This document shows positions 19,213-29,418 of a stretch of 64,000 nucleotides of DNA, piece after piece. The notes below the pieces were generated by a model. The model had not been told where the DNA came from. It saw nothing but the letters and a program-made list of their open reading frames with translations, and did no database searches. How positions within the stretch are numbered: the stretch's first letter is position 1; every line of letters begins with the position of its first letter. Source of the stretch: Verrucomicrobiaceae bacterium. Its GTDB lineage: Bacteria; Verrucomicrobiota; Verrucomicrobiia; Verrucomicrobiales; Akkermansiaceae. The position numbers and the translations under genes are program-made. The stretch is taken from contig JBPOGH010000007.1 in the NCBI GenBank assembly GCA_051252135.1, positions 1 to 64,000 on the forward strand. The letters are read 5' to 3'.

Positions 19213-20558
19213 GCCGGGAGCGTTCTTCGTTTCTGGAAGGCGTCGATGATGGCCCGGATGATGAGGGCGAAGGTTCCGAGGAGGGTGGCGGGGCCGAAGA
19301 GCCAGCCGCCGCGTTGGAAGAGGGTGCGGTGTTGGCGGGGGGAGATTTGGCCGGTGAGGACGCCTTCTTCCATGAGGGGGAGTTGGGCGGAGGTGTGGCC
19401 GTTTGGATCGACGATTTGGGTGAGGCCGGAGGTGGAGGCGATGGCGAGCCAACGGCCGTTTTCGGCAGCGCGGTGGCGGAAGAGTTGGCCGTGCTGGAGG
19501 TGTTGGCGTTTGGTCCAGTGGGCGGCGTCCATGCTGGGGATGAGGAAGAGTTCGGCGCCATCGGCGGTCATTTTGCGGATGACGTCCTGGTGATCGCAAT
19601 CGAAGCACACGGGGGTGCCGATCTTTCCGATGGGGGTGTCGACGGCGTTGGCGGTGGTGCCTTTTTCGCCATCGTTGAAGAAGTGGACGGTGTGGTTTTT
19701 GAAATGGGTGCCGAGGATGCCGGTTTTTCCGAAGGTGAAGGCGGTGTTGGACCAGATTTCGTTGTCGGGGTCGTGCCAGGTTTGGCCGCCGGTGACGAGG
19801 AGTTGGGCGCGGGAGTCGAGGAGGGCGGAGATGTCATCGAGGGCGTAGGCGTTGCGCTCGTGGGTGGGATCGAAGGAGAGGGCGTATTCGGGCCAGACGA
19901 TGAAATCGACTTCATCCTTGAGGGGGATGGAGGGGTTGCGGTAGTCATCGAAGTTCATCGTTTCGTTTTGAACGAGGGCGACGGTGTGGGAGTTGTCTTG
20001 ATCCGGATCGACTGGTGAGCTCACCGAGGCGGCGATGAGGGCGATGATGAGACCGAGGCCCCAGTTGAATCGTTTTTGCGAGATGAAGAGAGAAGAGAGG
20101 ATGATGAGAAAGGTGAGGCCGAAGACGCCGATGATGGGGGTGAAGAGGTTGGGAGGGAAAGCGGTGCCGGGGGTGATCCAGGGGAAGCTGAGGATGAAGT
20201 GCTCCGAGCGGAAGTATTCGAGGCCGGTCCAGATGAGAGCGAGGAGGGCGGGGGAGTTCTTGAATCGGGGCAGGGTGGCGAGGCCGCCGAAGATTCCGGT
20301 GAAGAGGGCAAGGATGAACCAGAGGGCGGGGGCGAGGGTGCCGAAGATGGTGAAGAGCCAGGAGAGGGTGCCGGCAAAGGTGGCGAAGGCGTGGAGGATG
20401 CCGAGCCGGAAGCCGACGCGGAAGGTGGTGTCTTGAATGGCGAAGAAGAAGGGAATCCAGGCGACGAGGGCGAGGGGCCAGAAGGCGAAGGGGTGAATGG
20501 AGAGAGTGATGAGGGCGGCGCTGGCGAGAGTGAGGGCGATTCTTTTCCACTTATTCAC
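19209..20558 (-). CDS. lnt: Apolipoprotein N-acyltransferase
   Basis: TM N-terminus, FPW, VWPE / K / VCFD nitrilase triad, QH...RAAENGR. Confidence 0.9.
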   Translation of the reverse strand: MNKWKRIALTLASAALITLSIHPFAFWPLALVAWIPFFFAIQDTTFRVGFRLGILHAFATFAGTLSWLFTIFGTLAPALWFILALFTGIFGGLATLPRFKNSPALLALIWTGLEYFRSEHFILSFPWITPGTAFPPNLFTPIIGVFGLTFLIILSSLFISQKRFNWGLGLIIALIAASVSSPVDPDQDNSHTVALVQNETMNFDDYRNPSIPLKDEVDFIVWPEYALSFDPTHERNAYALDDISALLDSRAQLLVTGGQTWHDPDNEIWSNTAFTFGKTGILGTHFKNHTVHFFNDGEKGTTANAVDTPIGKIGTPVCFDCDHQDVIRKMTADGAELFLIPSMDAAHWTKRQHLQHGQLFRHRAAENGRWLAIASTSGLTQIVDPNGHTSAQLPLMEEGVLTGQISPRQHRTLFQRGGWLFGPATLLGTFALIIRAIIDAFQKRRTLPA

Positions 20559-20683
20559 CTTTTCAGGCTACCATGATGTTCGTTCGAGTCAGTATCGAAA
20601 CGAATGATGCTGGCATTGGTGGGAGTGATCCTGTGGAATAATTGCCCAGGTAGGGTATCTTAGTTGCAGGAACCGGAATACGC

Positions 20684-21463
20684 ATGAAGTTGAAGACAAT
20701 TATAACGACGGGCCTGGGTGCCCTTTTAGCCATGGCTGGAATACACGCATTAGGAAATGAAAAGCTCGTCGGTGAGGACGGGAAAGTGGCGGCGAAGAAA
20801 TTGACGCTGGATCAGGAGGCCTCGGAGACGGCGTTTGAAACGGCGACTTTTGGGATGGGCTGATTTTGGGGTCCGGATTCCCAGTTTGGGAGTCTCAAGG
20901 GAGTGTTACGGACGCGGGTGGGATATTGCGGCGGGGACAAGGAGTCTCCGACTTATTACGCGATGGGGGATCATACGGAGGCGATCACGATTGATTACGA
21001 TCCGAAGGTGTTGAGCTACGACGATTTGTTAGGTCACTTTTGGAACGGTCATCGCTGTGAGCAGAGCAACACGAGCGTGCAGTATATGAACGCGGTGTTT
21101 TATCGGGACGAGGCGCAGAAGAAGGTGGCAGAGAAGTCGCTGGAAAAGGAGGCGGAGCGGCGGAAGATTTCGGTGGCCGAAGTGGAGACGAAGATTCTGC
21201 CGATGAAGAAATTCACCTACGCGGAAGGGTATCATCAGAAATATTACCTGACGCGAATCACGGATGTGCGTGGTTTTTTGAATGAGACGTATCCGGATGC
21301 GAAGTCGCTGGCGGACTCGACGGTGGCGACGAGGCTGAATGCTTATCTGGGATCGGGAATGGAGCGGGATTGGGAGGTCTTTTTGAAGGAACTGCCGAAG
21401 TATGATTTGCCGGACCGGATGGAGGAGTTGATCGCGAAAGCGGCGAAGAGGCAGCTGGAGTGA
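20684..21463 (+). CDS. msrA: Peptide methionine sulfoxide reductase A, predicted selenoprotein (UGA at codon 60) with signal peptide
   Basis: ATG 20684 is in frame with track ORF 20903; reads ATFGMG-TGA(20861-63)-FWGPDSQFG..GVLRTRVGYCGG..DHTE..AEGYHQKYY. Confidence 0.88.
20875..20895 (+). promoter_or_regulatory. Candidate bacterial SECIS hairpin
   Basis: GGATTCCCA-GTT-TGGGAGTCT stem starts 11 nt after the UGA; loop begins with G. Confidence 0.65.
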
Positions 21464-21481
21464 TGCGATAGAGTTCCAAAT

Positions 21482-21517
21482 AAAAAAACCCAAGCCCGTG
21501 AGGACCTGGGTTTTTTT
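21482..21517. terminator. Bidirectional intrinsic terminator between msrA and typA
   Basis: AAAAAAACCCA...TGGGTTTTTTT. Confidence 0.85.
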
Positions 21518-21531
21518 GGTGGGTTGATTTG

Positions 21532-23355
21532 TTAGCCCTCCATTTTGGCGGCCTTGGCCATGCGCTTACGGACGTTGGGGTCGAGGATGCGCTTGCGGAG
21601 GCGGAGGTAGTTCGGGGTGACCTCGACGAGTTCGTCGGGGTCGATGTATTCGATGGCACGCTCGAGGGAGAATTTCAGCGCAGGTGGGAGTTTTGCGGTG
21701 TTCTCCTTGGTTGCGGAACGAATGTTATCGAGCTTTTTGGCTTTGACCGGGTTGACGGGGAGGTCATCGGCGCGGGAGTTCTCACCGACGATCATGCCGG
21801 TGTAGACTTCCTCGGTAGGATCGACGAAGAGAGTTCCGCGGCCATCGAGAGCGAGGAGCGAGTATGCGGTGGCGGGACCGGTGTCCATGGAGACGAGGGT
21901 TCCGGCCTGGCGGGTCTGGATGTTGCCAGCCCATGGCTTGTACTCATCGAAGAGGTGTGACATGATGCCGTGACCGGAGGTGATGTTTACCAGTTCGAAC
22001 TCCAGTCCGATGATTCCACGGGTAGGAATGCTGGCGGTAATGAGGGTTCGTCCGGAGGTGTCATTGGTCTCCATGTCCTGCAGGATGCCTTTTCTGTCAT
22101 TGAGAACTTTCAGAAGTGAGTTGGAATACTCACTGGGCATCTCGAGGTAGAGGGTTTCCCAAGGTTCGAGGCGCTTATCGTTCTCATCGCGCTTGAGGAT
22201 GACGGTGGGGCGGGAGACGAGGACCTCGAAGCCTTCACGACGCATCGTTTCGACGAGAACGGCGATTTGCATGGCCCCGCGGGCGGAGACGTTGAAGACA
22301 CCGGCGAGATCGGAATCCTCGACGTGGATGGAGACGTTGGTCTTCATTTCGCGGAAGAGGCGGTCACGGATGACGCGGGACTGGACGTGCTTGCCATCTT
22401 TGCCGGCGAAGGGGCCGTCGTTGATGGAGAATTGCATCTGGACCGACGGGGGATCGACATTGACGGGAGGAAGCGGCTCGGCGTCCTCGTCAGCGGCGAT
22501 GGTCTCACCGATGTCGGCGTCATCGAATCCGGCGATACCGATGATGTTTCCGGCGATGCCGTTGTCGGTTTCCTGAATTCCGAGGTTGGTGTATTCGAAG
22601 ACTTTGGCGACCTTGGCGCGAACTTTGGTGCCGTCCTTGAGGAAGCGCCAGACGTTTTCGCCTTTCTTGAGGGAACCGGAGATGATCTTACCGATGGTGA
22701 TTCGGCCGACGTAGTCATCCCAGTCGATGTTTGAGACGAGCATCTTGAAGTTGCCCTCGACGACTTTGGGCGCGGGGATGTTTTCGATGATGGCTTCCAG
22801 GAGAGGGATGCAGTCGCCCTCGGTCGCTTCATGGGAGGTGGAGAAGAATCCGTTTTTGGCCGATCCGTAGAGGGTGGGGGCGTTGAACTGGTCGTCGGTG
22901 GCATCGAGCTCAAGGAAGAGTTCGAGGACCTTGTCGTGGACGGCGAGAGGGTCAGAGTTCGGGCGGTCGATCTTATTGACGACGATGATGGGCTTGAGGC
23001 CTTCCTGAAGGGCTTTGCGCAGCACGAAACGGGTTTGGGCCTGCGGTCCGCCGAAGGCATCAACGACGAGGATGACGCCATCGACCATCTTCATGACGCG
23101 CTCCACCTCGCCACCGAAGTCGGCGTGTCCGGGGGTGTCGACGATGTTGATGATGTGGTCACCCCAGTGAACGGCGGTGTTTTTGGCCTTGATGGTGATG
23201 CCTTTTTCCCGCTCCAGGTCCATGGAATCCATGGCGCGTTCGGTCACGGCCTGGTTTTCACGATAAGCACCGCCGGCCTTGAGGAGTTCGTCGACGAGGG
23301 TTGTTTTGCCGTGGTCGACGTGTGCGATGATGGCGAGATTTCTGAAGTGGGACAT
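21532..23355 (-). CDS. typA: Translational GTPase TypA/BipA
   Basis: [46 protein letters not shown]. Confidence 0.97.
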   Translation of the reverse strand: MSHFRNLAIIAHVDHGKTTLVDELLKAGGAYRENQAVTERAMDSMDLEREKGITIKAKNTAVHWGDHIINIVDTPGHADFGGEVERVMKMVDGVILVVDAFGGPQAQTRFVLRKALQEGLKPIIVVNKIDRPNSDPLAVHDKVLELFLELDATDDQFNAPTLYGSAKNGFFSTSHEATEGDCIPLLEAIIENIPAPKVVEGNFKMLVSNIDWDDYVGRITIGKIISGSLKKGENVWRFLKDGTKVRAKVAKVFEYTNLGIQETDNGIAGNIIGIAGFDDADIGETIAADEDAEPLPPVNVDPPSVQMQFSINDGPFAGKDGKHVQSRVIRDRLFREMKTNVSIHVEDSDLAGVFNVSARGAMQIAVLVETMRREGFEVLVSRPTVILKRDENDKRLEPWETLYLEMPSEYSNSLLKVLNDRKGILQDMETNDTSGRTLITASIPTRGIIGLEFELVNITSGHGIMSHLFDEYKPWAGNIQTRQAGTLVSMDTGPATAYSLLALDGRGTLFVDPTEEVYTGMIVGENSRADDLPVNPVKAKKLDNIRSATKENTAKLPPALKFSLERAIEYIDPDELVEVTPNYLRLRKRILDPNVRKRMAKAAKMEG

Positions 23356-23447
23356 GGTCTTGGGAGCTAAACTCTGGAACGAGAGTGGCGTGGCATGCCC
23401 TGAGACAGGGGGTTTGGCAAGCTTGGTTTATGCTTTTCGGCGCTCTC

Positions 23448-24407
23448 TTATGGGAGCACCTTGAGGCCGTTTGGTCCGGCGTGCAGGTATCGGTAGGCGA
23501 CGAGGGTGGAGAGCCAGACGACGGGAATAGCAACGATCAGGCCGACGAGGAGTGCGAGAGCACCGGCGATGGTGATGAGGAAGCCAAGGAGCCAGAGACC
23601 GAAGAGGGAGAGTCTGTTGTCCCGGGTGAGTTGGGAGCTGTATTTGAGGGCGCTGATGGCATCGAGGTTCTTCTCGACGATGGCTTCCCGGTAGAAGCCA
23701 AACCGGAGGGCGAGGTAGATTCCGGGGACGATGAGGAGAATCAGGCCGCCGACGACCATGAGGAAGTAGAGGATGGTGGCGAGAGCGCCCTGGAGAAATT
23801 TGGGACCTTGGGAGAAGAGTTCTCCAATTTCCGGTTTTTCACCGCGCAGAATCCGGAGGCCGATGTGGGTAGCCCCGAGGCTGAGAAAGATGGAGACGCA
23901 CTGGTTGACGATCTCGCCGACCCACGAGAGGGCGTTGTTTGATTGGGTTCTGAATCCCTCTTCAGTGACTTGAAACCCGGAACCTCCGCCAGCGATGAGG
24001 CCCATGACCATTCCCACGCCAAAGACGACAGCGCCATAGACGAGTCCGGTGAGAATGATGGTGCCGAAATTGGCAAAGGTGTGCTTCCAGGCTTGTCCGA
24101 TGCAGAAGGTGACATCGAGGGGAACGGGGTGTTCGGGAGGTCCTCCGTCCGTGCTGAGGTGGGTCGCATTGGGGAGAGAGACATCGGTGGAGGGGGCTGC
24201 GTAGGGATTGTTTCCCGGCTGGGCGGATGATGGGACCAGTTGGGGGATGGTGGTGGCGGCGATCCATTCGGGGAGTCCTTCTGTCCAGACAAGGGAGGAA
24301 GGGGGAAGTCCTTGGGCGATGAGTTGCTGGAGTTGGGAAAAGGGAACGGGGCCCTTTTGTTCGCCAGCTTCAGAGTAGAACCACAGGCTGTTAGGAGAGG
24401 TGTTCAT
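23448..24407 (-). CDS. GYF_2 (DUF4339) domain membrane protein
   Basis: WFY...QKGP...LVWTEGLPEW, NPYAAP linker, multi-TM C-terminus. Confidence 0.8.
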   Translation of the reverse strand: MNTSPNSLWFYSEAGEQKGPVPFSQLQQLIAQGLPPSSLVWTEGLPEWIAATTIPQLVPSSAQPGNNPYAAPSTDVSLPNATHLSTDGGPPEHPVPLDVTFCIGQAWKHTFANFGTIILTGLVYGAVVFGVGMVMGLIAGGGSGFQVTEEGFRTQSNNALSWVGEIVNQCVSIFLSLGATHIGLRILRGEKPEIGELFSQGPKFLQGALATILYFLMVVGGLILLIVPGIYLALRFGFYREAIVEKNLDAISALKYSSQLTRDNRLSLFGLWLLGFLITIAGALALLVGLIVAIPVVWLSTLVAYRYLHAGPNGLKVLP

Positions 24408-24420
24408 TTTGAAGATTCAA

Positions 24421-25461
24421 TCAGAGGCTGGAGGCGGCATCCAGCACGATTCGTTCGGTGGTGGGCCAGTCGATGCATTGGTCGGTGATGGATTGGCCGT
24501 AGGTGAGTTGGTCGAGGGGCTGTGGGAATTTTTGGTTTCCGGCGACGAGGTGGCTTTCGAGCATGGCTCCGATGACGGAGGTGTCACCGGCGGCGCGCTG
24601 GCGGACGATCTCTTCGAAGACCGCGGGCATGCGGGCCTGGTCCTTGCCGCAGTTGGCGTGGGAGGCGTCGACCATGATGCCGGGGGCGAGGTTGTGTTTT
24701 AAGAGGGTGTCGCGGGTGGCTTTGATGGAGTCGGAGTCGAAGTTCGGGCCGTTTTCTCCGCCGCGAAGGATAAGGTGGCAATCGGGGTTGCCGGCGGTGG
24801 AGACGGCGGAGGCGACGCCCTCTGACGAGACTCCGAGGAAGGTTTGGGGGTTGCTGGCGGCCTTGATGGCATTGATGGCTGCGGTGACGTCCCCGGAGGT
24901 GGTGTTTTTAAACCCGAGGGGCATGGAGAGGCCGGAGGCCATTTGGCGGTGGGTTTGGCTTTCACTGGTGCGGGCACCGATGGCGGACCAGCTGATGAGA
25001 TCGGCGATGTATTGCGGGGTGATGGGATCAAGAAGTTCGGTGGCGGTGGGGAGGCCGAGGGAGAGGATTTCCTTGAGGAACTTGCGGGCCTTTTCGAGAC
25101 CTTTGGGGATGTTGTCGGAGCCATCGAGATCGGGGTCCATGATGAGGCCCTTCCAGCCGACGGTGGTGCGAGGTTTTTCGAAGTAGACGCGCATGACGAC
25201 GAGGATTTTGTCTTTCACCTCGTCTGCGAGGGTGGCGAGTTTTTCGGCGTATTCGCGGCAGGCTGAGGTATCGTGGATGGAGCAAGGGCCGACGATGAGG
25301 AGGAATCGGGAGTCGGGGACGAAGAGTGATTTTTGGATTTCGAGGCGTGAGGATTCGACCAAGTTGGCCTCGTCGTCGGTCGGGGAGACGTCCTTCATGA
25401 GGATGGCGGGGGAGGGCAGGGGGGCGTTGTTGAGGACGCGGAGATCGGAGACGGTGGCCAT
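24421..25461 (-). CDS. 3-deoxy-7-phosphoheptulonate (DAHP) synthase, class I-alpha
   Basis: VGPCSIHD, MRVYFEKPRTTVGWKG, IGARTSESQTHR, VDASHAN; start placed at MATVSD (ORF extends to 25491). Confidence 0.95.
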   Translation of the reverse strand: MATVSDLRVLNNAPLPSPAILMKDVSPTDDEANLVESSRLEIQKSLFVPDSRFLLIVGPCSIHDTSACREYAEKLATLADEVKDKILVVMRVYFEKPRTTVGWKGLIMDPDLDGSDNIPKGLEKARKFLKEILSLGLPTATELLDPITPQYIADLISWSAIGARTSESQTHRQMASGLSMPLGFKNTTSGDVTAAINAIKAASNPQTFLGVSSEGVASAVSTAGNPDCHLILRGGENGPNFDSDSIKATRDTLLKHNLAPGIMVDASHANCGKDQARMPAVFEEIVRQRAAGDTSVIGAMLESHLVAGNQKFPQPLDQLTYGQSITDQCIDWPTTERIVLDAASSL

Positions 25462-25522
25462 GTGCGGGAGATATTGAGTTTTCGTGTTCATCTTTCAAGG
25501 CTCGGTTGCTAGAGATGTGCCC

Positions 25523-26590
25523 ATGAAGAGCGAAGGACTGAGATTGTTGGAAGCATTGACGCAGGCGCACAGTGTTCCGGGATACGAGGATGAGGTGCGG
25601 AAGATCTTTGTGGATGAGTTGAAGGGGAAGGGTGAGCTGGGAGCGGACAATTGCGGATCGGTTTATTGCCGGAAGGGATCGGGAGCGAAGGTTTTGGTGG
25701 CGGGGCACATGGATGAGGTGGGATTTCGGGTGCAGAATATTTTGCCGAACGGGTTTTTAAAGATCGTGCCGGTGGGCGGATGGTGGGGACATTCCCTGTT
25801 GTCGCAGCGGGTGGAAGTGAAGACCTCGCGCGGGGATAAGATCATGGGGACGATTTCATCCAAGCCGCCGCATTTTTTGCCGGAGGCGGAGCGAGCGAAG
25901 GTGTTAGGGGTGGAGAGCATGTTCGTTGATATATCGGCGGCGACGCAATCCGAGGCGGAGGGCTGGGGGGTGCGATTGGGTGATCCGGTGTGTCCCTGGA
26001 GTCCGTGGACACCGATGCAGAAGGAGGATTATTACATGACGAAGGCCTTCGACAACCGGGTGGGAATGGCGGGGGCGATTCAGGTGGGTCAGGTGGCGGA
26101 GAAGACGCCTTGTGAGTTGATTGTGGCCGGGACGGTGCAGGAGGAGGTGGGTCTGCGAGGGGCGAAGGCTCTGGCGAATGCGCTTCAGCCTGATGTGGCG
26201 ATCGTTTTGGAGGGGCCTCCGGCGGATGATACTCCGGGGATGTCGATTGCGGAAAGTCAGGGTGCCTTGGGTCAAGGAGTGCAGATTCGTTTGATGGATC
26301 CGAGTGCGCTGATGAACCCGCGTTTGGCGCGCTTTGCGATCGAGACGGCGATTGAAGAGGGGATTCCTTACCAGGTGACGGTGCGGACGAGCGGGGGGAC
26401 GGACGCGGGATCGTTCAATAATGCCAATGAAGGGATTCCATCCGTGGTGTTGGGAACGCCGGCCCGATACATTCATTCCCACAACGGAATTATTTGTTCG
26501 GATGATTATCTGGCGATGGTGGCACTTGTCCTGGCGATGGTGAAGAGGCTTGATGATGAGAAGGTAAGGAGTTTTACGAAGTTTATCTAA
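25523..26590 (+). CDS. M42 family metallo-aminopeptidase
   Basis: AGHMDEVG, KAFDNRVG, TVQEEVGLRGA, GGTDAG, RYIHS. Confidence 0.93.
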   Translation: MKSEGLRLLEALTQAHSVPGYEDEVRKIFVDELKGKGELGADNCGSVYCRKGSGAKVLVAGHMDEVGFRVQNILPNGFLKIVPVGGWWGHSLLSQRVEVKTSRGDKIMGTISSKPPHFLPEAERAKVLGVESMFVDISAATQSEAEGWGVRLGDPVCPWSPWTPMQKEDYYMTKAFDNRVGMAGAIQVGQVAEKTPCELIVAGTVQEEVGLRGAKALANALQPDVAIVLEGPPADDTPGMSIAESQGALGQGVQIRLMDPSALMNPRLARFAIETAIEEGIPYQVTVRTSGGTDAGSFNNANEGIPSVVLGTPARYIHSHNGIICSDDYLAMVALVLAMVKRLDDEKVRSFTKFI

Positions 26591-26660
26591 CAGGCGGCTG
26601 TAAAATCCCGGTCGCTTTGTAATGGCGGGATGGCGGAAAATTGATTTTGATCCCATTGTT

Positions 26661-27299
26661 GTGAAGGAACTTTGGGAACAGGCCTTATTGGGGCATAACC
26701 TGCCATTTACCATTTTGATGGGAGTGGTGGGGTTGTTCTGGTTGTTGAGCGTGGTGGGGACTTTTGATGCTGATGCCTTCGATGTGGATTTTGAGGCCGA
26801 TGGCGATGTCGACGGGGGTGGAGCGTTTGGAGGGGTGATGAGATTTGTGAACGCGCAGGATGTTCCGGTGATGATCATCCTGAGTTTGTTGGCGTTGTTC
26901 ATGTGGTTGATCTCGATCATCTCGAACTATTATTTAAATCCGGCGGGGAGCGAGTTGGTTGCCTTCGGGCTTCTTTGCGGGAATTTTGTGGTGAGCGTGC
27001 TTCTGGTGAAGTTTGTGACGCAGCCACTGCGTCCGGTGTTGCGGGCGCTTAAGAATGACAAGGAGCATCAGGAGCCTTTGATCGGTTCTTCGGGGGTGGT
27101 GAAAAGTCGCGTGCTGGACGGGAACTTTGGCCAGTGCGAGGTGAGCCGCCCCAAGGGTGCTCCGGCATTGTTGAACTGCAGATTGGCGGGCGATGGGGAT
27201 GCTCTCGTTCGCGGCGATGAAATTTTAGTGATCGACTACGATGAGTCGGATCAAAAATATCTTATTAAACCTCTCAAATCACCTTCATCCGAATCATGA
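26661..27299 (+). CDS. YqiJ/NfeD-like membrane protein with OB-fold (flotillin partner)
   Basis: NLPFT TM, acidic linker, VP.MI TMs, LIG..G.V...GQ OB-fold; ATGA overlap with next gene; GTG start inferred. Confidence 0.8.
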   Translation: MKELWEQALLGHNLPFTILMGVVGLFWLLSVVGTFDADAFDVDFEADGDVDGGGAFGGVMRFVNAQDVPVMIILSLLALFMWLISIISNYYLNPAGSELVAFGLLCGNFVVSVLLVKFVTQPLRPVLRALKNDKEHQEPLIGSSGVVKSRVLDGNFGQCEVSRPKGAPALLNCRLAGDGDALVRGDEILVIDYDESDQKYLIKPLKSPSSES

Positions 27300-29323
27300 A
27301 ACTATTAGATACGACTCCACTTGCAGCCATTCTGGATGGCGCTCTCATGGTCGCCGTGCTTGGCGCGGTGGCAATTATTGGCTTTGGCCTTTTTGTCCTG
27401 CTCACCTTTTACCGAAAGGTGGAGAAGGGAACGTCCCTTGTCCGGACGGGAATGGGCGGGACGAAGGTGTATTTCAATGGCGGGGTGGTGATTCCGATCG
27501 CGCACCGTGCGGACATGATGGATATTTCCCTGAAGCGGATTGAAATCGACCGGACCGGGAAGAACGGACTTATTTGCAAGGATAACCTACGGGCAGATAT
27601 CAAGGTGGCGTTCTTTGTGAGGGTGAACAACGCATCCGAGGATGTGCTCCGGGTTGCGGAATCGATTGGATGTGATCGGGCTTCTTCCGAGGAAGAGATC
27701 CGCGCTCTTTTTGATGCGAAGTTTTCCGAGGCTCTCAAGACGGTGGGCAAGCGTTTTGATTTCATTTCCCTTTATGAGGATCGTGACACGTTCAGGGATG
27801 AGATTTTGAAGGTGATCGGGACGGATCTGAACGGGTTCGTGTTGGATGATGCCGCGATTGATTACCTTGAGCAGACTCCGCTCTCGATGCTGGATCCGGA
27901 CAATATTCTGGATGCCGAGGGTATTAAGAAGATCACCGAACTGACGGCAAGCCAGGCGAAGCTCTCGAACAATATTCAGCGGGATAAGGAGAAGGTCATC
28001 AAGCAGCAGGATGTGGAAGCACGGGAAGCGATTCTCGAGTTGGAGCGTCAGTTGGCGGAGACCGAAGCGAAGCAGAAGCGTGAGGTGGAGACGGTGCAGT
28101 TCCGGGAGGAAGCGGAGGTGGCGAAGGTGCAGGAAGAGGAGCGGCAGAAAGCCGAGCAGGCGCGAATTGCGGCTGAGGAGGAAATTCAGATTTCCGAGGA
28201 GAATAAGCAGCGCCAGGTTCTGGTGGCCCAGCGGAACAAGGAGCGCACGGACGGGGTGGAACTGGAGCGGGTGGAGCGTGAGCGGATGCTTGAGGAGATT
28301 GAGCGGAAGCGGGTGACGGAGCTGAAATCGATCGAAGCTGAGAAGGCGATCGAGGTTCAGAAGAAAGAGATTCAGGAGGTCATTCGCGAGCGGGTGGCGG
28401 TCGAGAAAGGGGTGGTGGAAGAGCAGCAACGGATCAAGGATACGGAGGAATTTGCGACGGCTGATCGCTACAAGCAGGTCACGGTCACGACAGCTGAAGC
28501 GAATGCGCAAGAGTCTCTGATCAAGCAGATCAAGGAAGCGGAGGCGCATAAGGAGGCCGCCCAACTGAAAGCGGATGAAGAGGCGTATTCGGTGCTTAAG
28601 GCTGCGGAGGCCGGCAAGGGAGCCGCCGAGATGCGCGCTGCCGAGCGGGTGATTCAGGCCGAGGCCGAGGAGACTGCTTCCGAGAAGGAGTCATCGGCCA
28701 AGAAGATGCTTGCAGAAGCAGTGGCCAAAGAGGCTGCGGCTGAAGGGTTGGGTGAGGCTGATGTTATTCGGGCCAAGGGCAATGCTGATGCGGAGGCAAT
28801 CGAGAAGAAAGCCGGAGCGATGAAGCTCTTTGAAGAAGCGGGGCAGGAGCACGAAGAGTTCAAGCTGGAGCTGGAGAAGGAGAAGGCGGTTGAGTTGGCT
28901 GAAATTGACGTGCAGCGTCAGATTGCGGAGCAGCAAGCGATTGTGGTGGGCGAAGCTCTCAAGTCGGCCAAGATCGATATCGTGGGTGGTGAGACGCAGT
29001 TCTTCGACCGCATTACGAATGCCATTACGACCGGCAAGGTTGTCGACCGCACGGTGGGGAATAGCGAGGTGCTTGGGGATGTGAAGGAGACCTTCTTCAA
29101 TGGGGATCCCGATTATTTTAAGGCGCAGCTGGCGACTTGGATTGATGACTTCGGAGTTTCGACCGAGGACGTGAAGAATCTGAGTATCAGTGCTCTTTTA
29201 GGGAACCTGGTGGGGACTGCGAAGGGTGAAGAGAGGCAGAAGCTTGTCGGAATGCTGGGGGCCGCCGAGCGGTTTGGCGTTGGCGATATGAAGGCTGCTG
29301 ATCTTATTAAGAAGCTTGGGTAG
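27296..29323 (+). CDS. Flotillin/SPFH protein (YqiK-like) with long coiled coil
   Basis: TM, YRKV..G..LVRTG, GLICKDNLRADIKVAFFVRVN, EA-rich coiled coil. Confidence 0.92.
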   Translation: MKLLDTTPLAAILDGALMVAVLGAVAIIGFGLFVLLTFYRKVEKGTSLVRTGMGGTKVYFNGGVVIPIAHRADMMDISLKRIEIDRTGKNGLICKDNLRADIKVAFFVRVNNASEDVLRVAESIGCDRASSEEEIRALFDAKFSEALKTVGKRFDFISLYEDRDTFRDEILKVIGTDLNGFVLDDAAIDYLEQTPLSMLDPDNILDAEGIKKITELTASQAKLSNNIQRDKEKVIKQQDVEAREAILELERQLAETEAKQKREVETVQFREEAEVAKVQEEERQKAEQARIAAEEEIQISEENKQRQVLVAQRNKERTDGVELERVERERMLEEIERKRVTELKSIEAEKAIEVQKKEIQEVIRERVAVEKGVVEEQQRIKDTEEFATADRYKQVTVTTAEANAQESLIKQIKEAEAHKEAAQLKADEEAYSVLKAAEAGKGAAEMRAAERVIQAEAEETASEKESSAKKMLAEAVAKEAAAEGLGEADVIRAKGNADAEAIEKKAGAMKLFEEAGQEHEEFKLELEKEKAVELAEIDVQRQIAEQQAIVVGEALKSAKIDIVGGETQFFDRITNAITTGKVVDRTVGNSEVLGDVKETFFNGDPDYFKAQLATWIDDFGVSTEDVKNLSISALLGNLVGTAKGEERQKLVGMLGAAERFGVGDMKAADLIKKLG

Positions 29324-29418
29324 GAAGGACCCAGGTTGTTTTGAAACGGTGTTGGAGATTCGGAGGGGCCGATATCTCCGCACCTTGAGGCCCAATTTAT
29401 CAATCGCGTTTACAATCG

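Noticed and set aside
20903..21463. msrA as a 186-aa protein or pseudogene
   Set aside because: The single interruption falls exactly on the catalytic Cys codon and is followed by a SECIS-like hairpin, so recoding is the better explanation; a pseudogene is not fully excluded.
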